Below are positions 45,901 through 60,084 of a stretch of DNA of 64,000 nucleotides, piece after piece. Below the pieces are notes generated by a model. It saw only the letters and a program-made list of their open reading frames with translations. It searched no databases and was not told the origin of the DNA. The translations under genes and the position numbers were made by a program. The stretch is from the human T2T-CHM13v2.0 reference genome, Homo sapiens. Numbering within the stretch: position 1 is the first letter of the stretch; the number at the start of each line of letters is the position of its first letter. The DNA is taken from the NCBI RefSeq assembly GCF_009914755.1, contig NC_060937.1. One strand, 5' to 3'.

Positions 45901-48900
45901 ATCATGAAGATGATACTAGAAATGGGCTTTAGAAACCTTGAGGGGGCATCTATCAGGCAGGGAATTTTAATTCGGACGTACAAACCAGGATGACTGTAGG
46001 GAAGAAAAGTAGAATTCCAGGGTGTGTTCCACATATATCTGGTTGGGTTGAAATATAGAGACTGTGTCAGAATGGATGATGACGAGGCTAGAATAATTCA
46101 GTGTGGCCAGAAAATACAGAACTTTCTCAAAGCATATGGGCTTGATTCTTTCTTTAGGCTAGGGGAAGGCAGTGGCATTAAAGATTTTTGAGCAAGCAAA
46201 TTATATAGACAGATTTTTTTCTCTCTAAAGAAAGTGGCAAGAGAACAGAGTTCATACAAGATCCTTATCCTAAATGTCACAAATTAACTATATTGCATGA
46301 TTTGTAGTAAAATTTTTAAGTTTCTATTTTATAACTTTCAGTTATAAATGTATAATGTATAACATATACATTCACTCATCAGAGTCCATTTTTACTCATA
46401 ACTATGTGTGGAGAGGTTAAAATCAGCTGCCAAATGCAAAAAAAAAAGGTACTTAAATTATACTAAGTGTGTTCCAGTATAATGTTACTTATTATAAAAG
46501 TAAAGAATAGTTGTTGATTTTTTTTAAGAAATTAAAGCATCCAGATAAGGTAAAAAATGCAAATCCTCTCTCTTGCTTCCTTCCCTCACTATTGTCCAGA
46601 TATAGCTCCTCTTGTTTCCAATAAAACTTTTAACGTGCCTTTTAAAGGATATTTTCCCCTTTGTTTAAACCTTAAGCAACAAAGAAACAAAATCCCAAGA
46701 ATGAATTTAATTGTATTGCTATATAAATGAATATTTCTGAATTAGGAAGGACCAACTCTTTTAAAACACCACAAGTGCTATTTTGACTTTCAGATATTTT
46801 TCTTGGTTCTTTAGAAGTGTAGATATATGTAAGCTTTTAATCAAAGACTTTTTAAAAATCACACTTTATGCTATATCTTTAGGATTTATTTAAGTAGACT
46901 TCGGTTTTATAGACTCTGTTTTTTCAAATTTCATTTTTCAACATTTTTTATTCTTCAACATCTTGTTAGCTCCAAGTAGAAATGCGATTTGCATTTGAAA
47001 CACTAATATTCACTATTCAGTCAGCCAAGACATTTCCTTCTTTTAATTTCCATAAATGTCAGTAAATGCCTCTTTTCACCTTTGGGTGAATAGTCAATAG
47101 AAAAATCAATTCTGTGACAAATGAACAGCAACATGATTTTACATATGAATTATTTAACAAAGACTATTTTTATCCTTGAAGGGAAAGACTTAAGTTAAAA
47201 ATCGGTAGCAAATTATTAATTTACATTTATTAATATGATCCACAGGAATGCATATCCATAGAAATTGAAGAAATTTTATATCTTATGTTTAATTGGTTCA
47301 TGCCCTAGACCTCATAATTGTCCAATAGGAAATTATTGAAAATTAGTAAATATATAAATAATCAATAAACCTCATTAAGCCTTTAGATCACGTTGTATTT
47401 TCACCCAGGTTGTGAGAGATTTAGTGTTTTGTAATGCCTGAAAATAAGTGAACTAATTACAAGTGTCTCACTTTAGAGAAAACACTGGCATCACCTCCGT
47501 TTTTACATCACTTTATCAAACTCCATCTTCTTATCTAATTGATGTCTCCTAGATGTTGAGAGACACAAGATTCTTTACAGTAAAGTACAGAAATGGAAAG
47601 TAGATTCATGTCTTGAATGTCTAAATTTCAAATCACCAAGGTTTTCTCAATAACAGAATAAAATCATTTTTTAAATCCCCGTACTGAGTTGTCGAGTTAG
47701 TAATCACCAGTATCTTAAGTAGCATTGTAATTTTCTAAGAATTACCATTTCTATGAAGGAATCTTCTTGTTGAAAACCTAATAAATAGAAGGGAATTTGT
47801 TTGAGGGTGAGTATCCCAACCCATAGGGAAATGGGTCTGGACCATGATCATTTATATATCTGTTTGCATATCCTAGGAGCTTGAAATGCTTTTCTGGTGT
47901 TCAGAGGCACAGACATTCATTGAATGTAAATGACTTAGCTTTTACCTTACATAATCCTGTCTTAAGAGCAGAAAGAACATAGGGGTGTTAGAGGTTTAAC
48001 CCAGGCCACATTTTAGGTGGTCCAAACTGACAGGAGCTTGTTTATGAGAAATGCTGGCCCCACCCTAAGGGCTCCAGTAATACTGCCTTGGCCACAAATG
48101 TTTGTGGAATGGATCCCTTTGTCAATTTCTTTGGACGTCAGGTTTTCCTAGCTCCGTATAAACCGTGACTTTGCTCTCTCATTACAGAACTGCAAGTGGC
48201 CCCCAAACTTTGAAGCTTTCAGCTCTCTTTTGAATGTCAACTTTAAAAATAAAAATTACAGAATAACTAGCAAGTGTCTTATTAGCTTATTCACCAAACA
48301 ATTTTGTTTTTAAAGACATTAAACTGTCAGAGAGCCTGTGCACTTTTCTAAATGCCTGGATTTTGTACCTATTATAGAACAGTACAATTTTTTCCGTGCC
48401 ATCCCAAAATAATAATTTTGGACATGTAAGTTTATTTGATCCCTTAACCCTAAGGCACTGCATTCTTTGGCCACCAGGAGTCTGTGGTGACTGTCCCCCT
48501 CTCCTTCAGCGGCTCCGCCCACTAGCCATTCAGATCTATTTAGGCATGTTGAATTCACAGCAAGAAACGAGCATGGGACCACCCACACCCCATGTGATTT
48601 CAGAGCAGCCGAGCATTTTTAATAAGTTCCCAGAGCTTTCTAGTGTTTGAAAAACCCTTCGCTGAATCTGTGAATGTGAAATACAACTCACGTGTAAGAA
48701 TGCGTTCAGGGGAAGCCTGGCGTTGCTTGAAGGCACTCTCTTCTGTTCTATTTCCTGGACTTGATGGAGCTGAGTTGCCCATTTACCCCCAAGGTTTTTT
48801 TTTAAATGGACCCACACATTTAATACTGTGTGATAATGTTTCTCCCTTCTCTCAAACGTGGGCCATGCATTCATACGCTTACTCCCTTTAAACTCTCTAA

Positions 48901-50084
48901 GCAAGTACACTGGATACTTTGTGCTGGGTAGAGATTAATTTACTCATTTTAGGCTCCAAGGACACCATAGTCTTGTGAGGCAGTAACTAATTCTACCCAC
49001 ATGCAATAGATCAACATTACTCCAACTCTTGTAATATACATGATACTTTTTAAATGAAAGAAAAACATCCCCTTGACCCTTAAAGTTTCTTAAATTATTT
49101 TACAATGTTAATTAAATGTATAGACATACAGTGTTACAAATAATCTCTTTACTCTTTGAGCTTTCATTTCAGCTATAAAACCAAGGCAAATTGACCACTT
49201 GAGTAGAATAAAAGTCTACAAAAGCAAAATAAAGGTAAAATTCACAACATTGATGTTAGGCATGAGATTTTGTTTAGCTGAAATGACATGACTGTTGGAA
49301 ACGTGCGCTGACTATTCTATTCATCAAGTTCCGTCAAGCTTTGTGTGTTTTTCCCACTTTATGCCACTGGCTAACCAAGCCCCTACCACTATTTCTATTT
49401 GAAATGACAGCCAGCTTTTGAACTTACCCTGCTTTGCAATATCACATAGCTTTTCTTGCAGGAAAAAGAAAATCTATTACATATTAAATCCATCTGCTCT
49501 TTTCTCATTAACCTACAACAGTATAAATAATATTACTTCTGTCATCCTACTCATAAATAAAATACAAAGACATAAAAAAATCTCATTGAGTACTAGCTTG
49601 AAATATAGATATTCAAGATGATACAAAGTACAATTACTTTAAAAAGATATCATGAATATATAAACGCAAATAAATTTTAAATTGTTGAAGGAATTTGAGG
49701 ACTCCTGAAAATACAAATCCTAACTTCAGAAGCATTGCATTTAACAACTGTTTAAATAGGTCACTAAAATCTCTTCATACTCTTTGTTATCTTACCCCTA
49801 AAATTCAAAAAAGCTGTAAGAGTTTTCTAATTTTCTTCCTGTAGAACTTTATTTAGTTTTGAGTCATATATAAATCATAGTTATGTTTTAAATCTAATGT
49901 GTTGCTCAGTATTTTCTGGGTTGCTTTTTAGTAATAAAAGAATATATTATGTTATATTTATAAAAGGCCATAAATCGTGAGAAGTGCACCTATTTAGCAT
50001 TACTTAACTGAGTCATCAGGATAATCATAATTCAGCAGTGTTTAAGGATTTTGTTCAAGTCAAGGAGCTAACCATGGTACAACT

Positions 50085-50328
50085 GTAACAGCTCATATTT
50101 AAACAGCACTCACTACTTTTGTGAGGCTTTCTTTTAAGACACCTGCATATGTGACTCATATAATCCACATCAAGTTGTTACAAGGTAGGTAATTTCTTGT
50201 GGTCCCACTTTACAGGTGATGAAGCCAGCGAATGCTTGTTCAGCATTGCACAAGTAGCTTGCATAGTTGGGTTCCATCCCAGGCATTCCGGCTCCAGAGG
50301 CCAGGTTTTTCAGCCACACTGACTGTGC
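50085..50328 (-). mobile_element. MIR SINE
   Basis: aaggtaggtaattt...tcccactttacaggtgatgaagc...cccaggcattccggctccagaggcc. Confidence 0.7.
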
Positions 50329-50578
50329 TCAAAACCATCCTCCAATTCCACATGGGTTTGTCATTTCATCATAGAAAATGAAGTTTAATGTCATTCCTGT
50401 CACTTGTCTACGTCAAATCCTGTGGAAACCCTTCTCCTCGCATGTTCTTCTCCCCTGTTCTAACTGGTTAGGTGCCCATCTCACTTCTCAATATTCAGAT
50501 CAAAGGTTAATTAACTTGTGAAGCCTCCTCAGACTTTCCTCCATAAAGCTTCCTTTCTCAAGTAAATGGTTTAATAAA

Positions 50579-50583
<5 letters not shown>

Positions 50584-50635
<52 letters not shown>
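50584..50635. repeat. Pure (TA)26 microsatellite
   Basis: Read directly. Confidence 0.97.
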
Positions 50636-50637
<2 letters not shown>

Positions 50638-52996
50638 GTCATTTTGCCTCGCTCCATCTCTGTGCCCTGGGTAACACTTTAAGACACGTGTTTTGTTTGT
50701 CTAAAAGCTCCTTGAAAAGCAGCTCAGTTGTCCCATTCATGAAGCAGGGAGCTCCTAGAGCAGAGGCATACGATGCAAGCGTGAAGGTTTGCAGATGTGG
50801 AGTCCTTTGTACTTTCCCAGTCATAACACTTGCCTTCTGGTTCTAAAAGATAATGATTCTGTGTACAAAGACTATTATAAAAAGTTCCAGAAAAGAAAAT
50901 AAATAAGTGACTCATTATCTGAAGTGGTGATATGGGGTGAAGATAATAAATCTTTTAAAGCAATGGAAAATGAGCTTTAAGTTAAAAGATACCACTATGG
51001 CATCCTTTATATTGTACAAACAAATCAGGATAAATTATACTCAGTGTGAAGCCAGCTGACTCCAAACTCACGCTGCCAGCAGCATCCTTAATCCCCAGAG
51101 GCAGTTTTTCTCTTTCCAAAAAGAAATGGTATCAAAACTAAAGCTTTTTGTTACAAAATCACTATTGCTTTTTTAATGATAATATTTAATTTACTGTGAA
51201 TATCAAATAATGGTAAAGGAAGCCATGAGTGTTTTTGTTGTTACCAGTAGTACATAAAGTTTAAAGAATGGATAAACACTGATTTACATGATTTTACAGC
51301 ACTGACTATTTTAAATGCTTTGTATTGTTTATATAGTACTGGACTGCCATTTAGATAGCATTCATGATTGTATTTGTTTGCTATTCTAAAATTTTAAAGC
51401 TTTTTCTCTATGAGAAGAGTAATTCTTGTGTTTCAGAATCTAATAAATAGATGGAAATAAAGCAGATTAAATATTGTTAAGGAGTACTGGCCTCCTCTTC
51501 TGATCTTCTATTTCTTGGCTCACAGATGATGATTTTAAAATGCCCTCTCAGGTAGGTTGAAGGTAGTGGCCTATCATAGTCTTACATAGAATTATAACCT
51601 TCATTATAACATAACCTATGAAAATTCTTTGGTTTTATTTTAAATCAAGATCAATAAAATAAGATGTTAGCATCTTATTTCAGCCATTCTGGCAATTCTT
51701 ATATACCTAGTAGATTTTACTCAATAGCTATTAATGTCTGTAATAGAAAAGAAGAAAATTTCCATGAAATCCCTCAATAAAGGGGTTTATTCTGAATGTT
51801 AATTGGTTATTGCAAACATCAGTCAAATTTTTGCTTATCAAAGAACTATGCAAAGTTCTTGTTTGTTGATTCAAATATGGTGTCCTGTACTCACTACATT
51901 ATTCAATACATCAATACCCTCATTAAGAAAGGGCTTTCAAAGGGTTTATGTGTGTAAGTTTCACCTTTTATAAGGTACTTGGGAATTCAGATATTTTTAG
52001 TAAACACTGAGAAGCTTTGAAAGGGTAAGACAGCATTTTTTTCCAAAAAGAGAAGCAATGACTCAGGGGATCTGGGACTTTTTTTTTTTTTTTTGTCAAA
52101 ATCCTTCCCGACAAGCCTAATTCAGATGAGCAGCCACTGAAAGTCACTCTCAGCAGATTGGCACTGCTGCTATGCTTCTATAGAGTGACTCAAATCTTTA
52201 AGTCTGTTCCTGTTATGAAGGTTAAGCAGAGGGTCACATCTAGTATATTTTGGTCACTATGAAACACTGCTGAAAAGAGTTTAGGATTTAGAGGAAATCT
52301 GGAGTGGATGTATTTTGTGCTTGGTGTAAGCACAGAGTTGTATGGTCTATCAAACACTAGCATTGAGATAAATACAGCATATGCCATAAGGAGATGGAAG
52401 AGTAACACCAACTGCTGGGTAGAGATTTGGATTCTGTTTGTTTGTCTAGTTTTTATGCTTTACTTTGTCTTGTTAGGAATTGGTCTCTATTTTCATATCC
52501 TTTTCTCTACAGTTCTTGCGTTCTTTTAGATTAATTGGATATTTATTATTTCACTGTTACATTAACTTTGATTAAATATTATATTATTCTTTTAGTAATT
52601 TCACAAGAGAAGACAACATGCATCCTTTACTCATTGCTTCCTAACAGATTTGATCACTTTGACCACTTTCTAATACTGCTAGAACCTTAAGACCTCGAAA
52701 CTCTACTTAATCCCAATAACAAGGTTTTGCAGCTATTGATGGCATGCACTTGTGTTATTCATGTAATTTAAAGTCTATAAACATTTCAAGCATATAATTT
52801 ATAGTTACCCATGGGTTTACTAATTCCAGTGTTGTTAATTCCCTCTTACATTTCCATTTTTTCCATCTGGAATCATCGTCTTCTACAAAAAAAAAAAAAA
52901 AAAAAAAATCTTATTCTTTCTATTAATGTAAGAGGTTTGATGACAAATTCCCTCATTTTTGTTTGTCCAAGAACGTCTTTATTTCACTTTCTTTTT

Positions 52997-54764
52997 AAAT
53001 TTCTTTTATTTCCATAGGTTTTTGGTGAGCAGGTGGTATTTGGTTACATGAGTAAGTTCTTTAGTGGTGATTTGTGAGATTTTGATGCACCCATCACCCA
53101 AGCAGTGTACACTGAACCCAATTTGTAGTCTTTTATCCATCATGCCCTCCCACCCTTTCCTTCCAGTCCCAAAGTCCATTCTGTCATTCTTATGCCTTTG
53201 CATCCTCATAGCTTAGCTCCCACTTATAAGTGAGAACATACAATGTCTGGTTTCCCATTCCTGAGTTAGTTCACTTGGAACAATAGTCTCCAATCCCATC
53301 CAGGTTGCTGCAAACGCCATTAATTACTTTTTATGCCAGAGTAGTATTCCATCATATATATATATATGTACACACACACACACATCATATATCTATACAT
53401 CATATATATCATATATATGATCATACATATGATCATATATGGGGTATATATATATCACATACATCATCATATACCACAGCTTCTTTATCCACTCATTGAT
53501 TGATGGGCATTTGGGCTGGTTCCACATTTTTGCAATTGCGAATTGTGCTGCTATAAACATGCATGTGCACGTATTTTTTTTGTATAATGACTTACTTTCC
53601 TCTGGGTAGATACTCAGTAGTGGGATTGCTGAGTCAAATGGTAATTCTACTTTTAGTTCCTTATGGAATCTCCATGCTGTTTTCCATAGTGGTTTTACTA
53701 GTTTACATTCCCACCAGCAGTGTAGAAGTGCTCCCTTTTCACTGCATCTATGCCAACATTTATTATTTTCTGATTTTTTGATAATGGCTATTCTTGTGGG
53801 AGAAAGGTGGTATCACATTCTGGTTTTGATTAGCATTTCCCTCACCAGTAGTGATGTTGAGCATTTTTTCATATGTTTGTTGGGCATTTGTGTATCTTCT
53901 TTCGAGAAGTGTCTACTCAAGTCCTTAGCCCACTTCGAAAGAAATTATAGATGATGCGAACAAATGGAAACACATCCCATGCTCTTTGATGGGTAGAATC
54001 AACATTGTGAAAATGACCATACTGCCAAAAGCAATCTACAAATTCAATGTAATTCCCATCAAAATACCACTATCATTCTTCACAGAACTAGAAAAAGCAA
54101 TCCTAAAACTCATATGGAACCAAAAAGCCCACATAGCCAAAGCAAGACTAAGCAGCAAGAAAAAATCTGGAGACATCACATTATCTGATTTCAAACTATA
54201 CTATAAGGCCATAGTCAAACAACATGGTGCTAGTATAAAACAGGCAGATAGACTAATGGAACAGAATAAAGAACCCAGAAATACACCCAAATACTTACAG
54301 CCAACTGATTTTCAACAAAGCAAACAAAAACATAAAGTGGGGAAAGACACCCTATTCAACAAATGGTGCTTGGATAACTGGCAAGCCACATATAGGAGAA
54401 TGAAACTGGATCCTCACCTCTCACCTTATTCAAAAATCAACTCCAGATAGATCAAGGACTTAAATCTAAGACCTGAAATTATAAAAATTCTAAAAGATCA
54501 CATCAGAAAAACTGTTCTAGACATTGGCTTAGGCAAAGACTTTATGACCAAGAACCCAAGAACAAATACAACAAAAACAAACACAAACAGGTGGGACTTA
54601 ATTAAACTGAAGAACTTTTGTATGGCAAAAGGAATAGTCAGCAGCATAAACAGACAACCCACAGTGTGGGAGAAAATCTTCACAATCTATACATCTGACA
54701 AAGGACAAATATTCAGAATCTACAAGGAGCTCAAACAAATTAGCAAGAAAAAAGCCAAACAATC
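52997..54764 (-). mobile_element. L1PB1-like LINE with 5' inversion: 3' end on - strand (52997-53936), inverted ORF2 piece on + strand (53937-54764)
   Basis: L1PB 3' UTR (gtggtatttggttacatgagtaagttctttagtggtg). ORF2-like peptides 53986..54450 and 54544..54819 on +. TSD-like tcactttc(t/a)tttt at 52984 and 54768. Confidence 0.92.
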
Positions 54765-55989
54765 TTATCACTTTCATTTTCGAGGGGTATTTTTTATTCA
54801 GTGTAGAATTTTATGTTGACTTTTTTTTTTTTTCTCTCAGTAATTTAACCAGGAACATGTTGGCTTCTGGCTTCCAGTGTTTCCATGAAGACATCAGCTT
54901 TCACTCTTACTGTAGTTCCTCGCTGGGCTGTGCTGGAGAACCAGTCTACCCCTGGTTCTCTCCTAATCCTCAGGCTTGATCCGCCTTTGCCTTTCATTGC
55001 GAGGTCTTTGTTCCTCAGCCCTGAAAGATGACAGCAAATCTAGCCCTGTGTTTCAGAGCTCCCAGCCTGACTCTGCAGCCTTGTGCCCCACACACTTTCA
55101 AAATCCAGAAAATGTTTTAAGATGAGACTGGTCACATGCTAGAGGCCATCATCACCCCTGCCAGGGTTTTACTTCTGAAGCACCTCTGTCACTGTAGGAG
55201 GTTTCATTCTGCTTTCTATAAACTTTGGCCTAGGGCGCCCATCACCCATGCAGGTGAACAGCTAAATGAGTGTCCCCTGTGGACGATGGCTGTGCATTTG
55301 AGGACCTATAAGTTTCCAATTTGTTTCTTTAGTCCCATGAAACTCCAAAATATCATGTGGTTTATCTTTCTTCCAGAAAAAACTCTCTGGATCTGGGGAA
55401 ATGCTCAGAATTGGCAAATGTCCCCGGGAGGAAAAAAGCAGCTGGTAATTATCTGTTCACCTCAAAAAGCTTCACTCCATCTGGAATTCTCTCCATTTGT
55501 CAGAATTTCCTGATGTTTTAGAAAAATGACTCTTTTTTGAAATTTTTACAACAGGAACAATAACATGCTATAGCTCTCCAGAAGTGAACGTTCCTCAGTT
55601 TGTTTTCTAAATAAATGAATATGAAGTTGTGTCATTTAGGAAACATGGTGTCTTAAGAAAACTTGGGGAAAATAATCAGTTGACATGGTAGCGATATTCT
55701 TCCATCAGTTAAATGTTGTTTCCTGATCTGGTGACATTGTTTTCAGAGATCACTACTGTATGCTGAGTGTGTGCCAAGGAACATAAATATGAATGTTCCA
55801 TGTCCACACTAATGAGACTGAAGGGAATGTAACCAGCACAGCACACACTGGTGGAGGATGACGGAGGAGCTGGCACACACTCCTGGACAAACATAGATGA
55901 CTGTGGTCCCATTCAGAAAAAGAAGGGAAGAGGAACATGGTACAGGGGACTCTGATCCTTAGCCTGTATCAGATCCTAGACCACAATAG

Positions 55990-56300
55990 TTGGGTTAAGC
56001 ACAGTAGACTCACAGCTAAAAGCATATCTTCTTTTGAGAATTGTCTACTCATGTCCTTAGCCCACTTTGAAAGAAATTATAGATGATGCGAACAAATGGA
56101 AACACATCCCATGGACTCTTGGGCCAGGCTGCCAGGATCTGTCATTTTCCATGTGGCTTTGGCCAGATTACCTGACTGCCCTGTTCCTGTTTCCTGATCT
56201 GCAACATAGAAGTACCCACTTTACAGGGCTCTTAAGAGCTGACGAGTTAATGCCTGGAAGGTGCTTACGAAAGCACCTAGCACACGTGTAGCCAAAGTGT
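55990..56300 (+). mobile_element. MIR SINE split by a 102-bp insertion
   Basis: ggttaagcacagtagactc [insert] gactcttgggccaggctgcc...ctgtttcctgatctgcaacatag...gagttaatgcctggaaggtgcttacgaaagcacctagcacac. Confidence 0.7.
56025..56113 (+). repeat. 89-bp dispersed duplicate of L1 inversion junction 53893-53981
   Basis: 85/89 identical by manual alignment. Confidence 0.95.
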
Positions 56301-57880
56301 TCACTAAATAACCTGATTTCATGCAAGCTCCCACCACCCTGCTTTCTTGGCTCACTCTGCTGAGAGTAGAAGCAATCTGGCTTCCACAAGCATCTGCCCA
56401 ACAGAATTTCTCATTTCCAGGCCATTCTGATGCAGCCCTAAAGAATAAAAAAAAATACCCTTTTAAGAGGCCCACTCTGCTCTGCAGCTCACTCTCTGTT
56501 ATGTCTAGAAATTGCTTTAGGGACTGAGTAACCATAGTCCTCTTTTCTACCCTTAAGCTCTTCTTTCCTCTGGTTGTCTGTAAATTCAACTGGGGAGGCT
56601 CCTTTTACTAATAACCAGCTCCAGAACTCTAGTTACAGACTCTGAATATGGGTTTGACCTTCATGCTGTAAACATCATCTCCTTGATCCCAGCCTTTAAA
56701 ATCCTCTTTCTGGGGGAAACAGTAGGCTCAGGTGTTGGTGTTAGAATTGGGCCTGGATGGAACACTCACTCCCTTTGCTGCTTTCAAGTGACTGTTTTCT
56801 ACATAAGTGCATAACCACTTGTGTTCTGTTTTGTTTTATTTTCTCTCATTTTAATGGAGAGGGTTGTGATGAGATAGAAGAAGTGCTGGAACAAAGTAGT
56901 TAGTGCTTTGGAGGTAGGATGAGTCATCTCATTTCCTCTGAATTCTCCCCAGTATTCCTATTCGGATTTCCAGAATCTCATTTTTTTTTAAAACCAGTAT
57001 ACTTCCTTAGAATTGCCAGAAAAATTGATATCTGCAATGTCCAGCTACTACAGACTTCTGGCGGCTGGCAGAAGAAGGGTGACCCCAGCTACATAGCCAG
57101 CTTGTCTTGTGCCCTAGCTGAAGTCAGGGGGTAAGCTTGGTCTGCAGGGTGTCTCTCTTCAGGGGCCATAGTGACACAAGATGATGTAGCCAATACAGTT
57201 ACATGTTTTGATGCTTTCCTGCAAAGGCCCATAATGTTCCCATCTTTGAGGGCTCAGCGTCTGAGAGTACACAGTTGCTAATTTAGCTCATTGCTTTGTC
57301 TCACTGCCACCAAATAGAGCAGGCAGGTAGATACACCAAAGAGGCTTCAAATATTCTCAAGCACAGCTAGCCCGCCTTGAATGAGCTCATTGGATATTTT
57401 AGTGACTGCCTTTTGGAACACCTAATGCTTGAAAACATTTTCTACATGAGTGTGGTGTGATTGTGTATTGTCTATGAACGGACCCTCATGAGTAGGGGTC
57501 CATCTTTGGGTCCATGCCTTATGGTCGGAAGTGAGGTCATGTAACCCTAATAGTCATGTTTGACTATTAACTATGTGGACAGATGGAGGAGCAGCTCCGA
57601 GGATGGAGTGACGCTTGAGGAAGCTCTGTTAATAGGAGAACATCTATTATGGATAGAAATTAAATGAAGAGAAAGTACAAGATGCCATAAGAATGTACAC
57701 AGTAATCGAGGGCATAGGTCAAGCAGACATTTGATTCTTTCTTGTAGCCTCTGGAGGTGCAGCACACCTTAACACTCTACCTAGTTCCCAATGTTTTGTT
57801 GCAGTCATTGCCTTAACTCAGCAATTCACAGCCTCTCTAGCCCAGTGCTGTTTCCAGAGGCAGCAGTGCATGGAGATTGA

Positions 57881-58231
<351 letters not shown>

Positions 58232-58382
58232 TGTGGCCTGAACTGCAGACTTACAAAATAGAACTGCCTACTGATTCCGGGCTGCAACAACAGAAGGCTG
58301 CCTTCTGACATGCGCTGGGGCTTCTCTCCACGCATTTAGACAAAAAAAGCACAGGACACAGACACTAAATATATGAGATCCC

Positions 58383-58385
58383 GTG

Positions 58386-58417
<32 letters not shown>
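58383..58417 (+). repeat. (GT)9 TT (GT)7G microsatellite in 3' UTR
   Basis: Read directly. Confidence 0.95.
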
Positions 58418-59372
58418 GGTTCTTTCTTATCCATCTCGTGGTGATACACTCTGATTTTCAAGCTCCTCATTTACGGCTCTGTGCTACCCCTAGGTAGCAA
58501 GAGAGAGGCTGGGAAAAGTGTGGACGTGGCCAGAGCGAGAGAGTAGCGGAGGAAAGGAGCAATCCATGCACACTCTGTACAGTTGTTTTTCTACGGTTCA
58601 ACAGTCTGTTTATTGTACTTCCAATGGTTTTATTATAATACAGTATACGGGACATATATTTTATTTCTTTGTAGCTACTTGTGTTTTATTGGTATTATAA
58701 ACCTGATAATTATTTACATGTTTATTACTGTAATTTTATAAATTTATGCAATTGGTGGTGCTTCCTTTCTTCAAAATACAGATTTTAAAAAATCATTTCT
58801 AGATTATTTTTTTCCTCCACAGTCCTTTTTTTTCACCTAACGCACCTAAATCTTGAAACTACATTGTTGTTTTAGCTTCGCCAGTGTCACCCCTTGCAAA
58901 ACTATGAATTGAGCCCCATGTTTTAGGTGTTACTCATGGATGAGGAGGCTGTTCTTTCCTATGCCCTGTATTTCTGGATAAGTGGATTGTGCACCCTTTA
59001 GTTAAATTTCACCTCCCGACTTCAGCATAGATCACAGGAAATCACATGGCACACGGTTAAACACGTATGGCTTCAAATCCATAGCCGGTGGTGTAAAATG
59101 ATCATATTCATTCAAAGGCCTACACAGTACAAATGAGCACGCTGCCATGTACTGGTTTGAGCAGTAGGGGCTGCATCGCACAGCGCTCGTCCCCCGGGAC
59201 TTACACTGCATGATTCCCTCGCTGTATATCCTCAACCCTCCCATAATGCAAGGCCTTGTTCATTGATGTGCTTTCGTCGGCTGTCGGAAAGTTCTGAGCA
59301 GTGGCTCCAGACCACCTTGTCTTGCTACTTGGAACTTTTTATTCATACCAGCCTTTGAAAAGTTACTGTGCC

Positions 59373-59378
59373 AATAAA
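59373..59378 (+). terminator. Polyadenylation signal AATAAA
   Basis: Canonical hexamer followed ~23 nt later by a GU/U-rich downstream element (ttgtttttgttgttgttattattg from 59401). Confidence 0.85.
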
Positions 59379-59559
59379 GAGGTACAACTGTGTTCTTCTA
59401 TTGTTTTTGTTGTTGTTATTATTGTCTCCCATGAACTCTTGTGTTTTCTGGTCAGAGAAGTAGGGGCAATGAAGTGATCTCACCCAGACTCCCTTAATGT
59501 GGGGGCCATAGCATTGTGCAAACTTTAGACACCAATGATGTTTTACAATACAGGCTTTA

Positions 59560-60084
59560 TGATGATTCCAGTATGGTGAGACCAACAGGTCTGGAAGGGA
59601 GTCCCATTGAAAAGACGGCTTGTCATCCTCAGAAAGCTCAGAGAAGAGGACACATAGTGCCATCAGAGGGCCACACCAAGGTCAGCCAGGAAGCAGAGGG
59701 CATAGGGGGAGCCTTTTATTTTAGTTTGCACAACACTAGGAAAGGACAAGGCAGGATCAGCAGGCTAGAACTGACTGCTTTGAGAAATATCGGTGGGTTC
59801 TGGGTTAGCGGAGCCATCCCTACCTGTCTGCGACCTAGCCTTGAGGTGATTAGGGTGGGTGGAGAGTGGCCTGGAATGACAGCCCTATGAGAGCCCACAG
59901 GGGAGACTTACTAGGGATGTGGGCTCTAGATTGGTTGACTTGTCTTTGAAAATCATGTTCTGGGGTGAGTCATCATTATCTTTTGGACGTGGCTAACCCT
60001 GGAAATGGCAATTCCTCCAAGGTCAGCAGGGCCCCAGATGCCAAAGCATCAGAACACAGCAAATAAAAGCACATGGTCAATATG
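59560..60084 (-). mobile_element. MER74-like ERVL LTR
   Basis: ggtcagcagggccccagatgccaaagcatcagaacacagcaaataaaagcacatggtcaata and gtgggctctagattggttg match the MER74-group consensus as I recall it. Subfamily uncertain. Confidence 0.65.

Larger units (their letters stand above)
58232..59400 (+). other. MYO16: MYO16 3' UTR (3' end approximate)
   Basis: No interspersed repeat recognised between the stop codon and the first AATAAA I found. Contains a UG repeat and an AU-rich block at ~58600-58810. Confidence 0.8.

Noticed and set aside
53986-54819. L1 ORF2 peptides as functional CDS
   Set aside because: Frameshifted fragments of a truncated, inverted L1PB.
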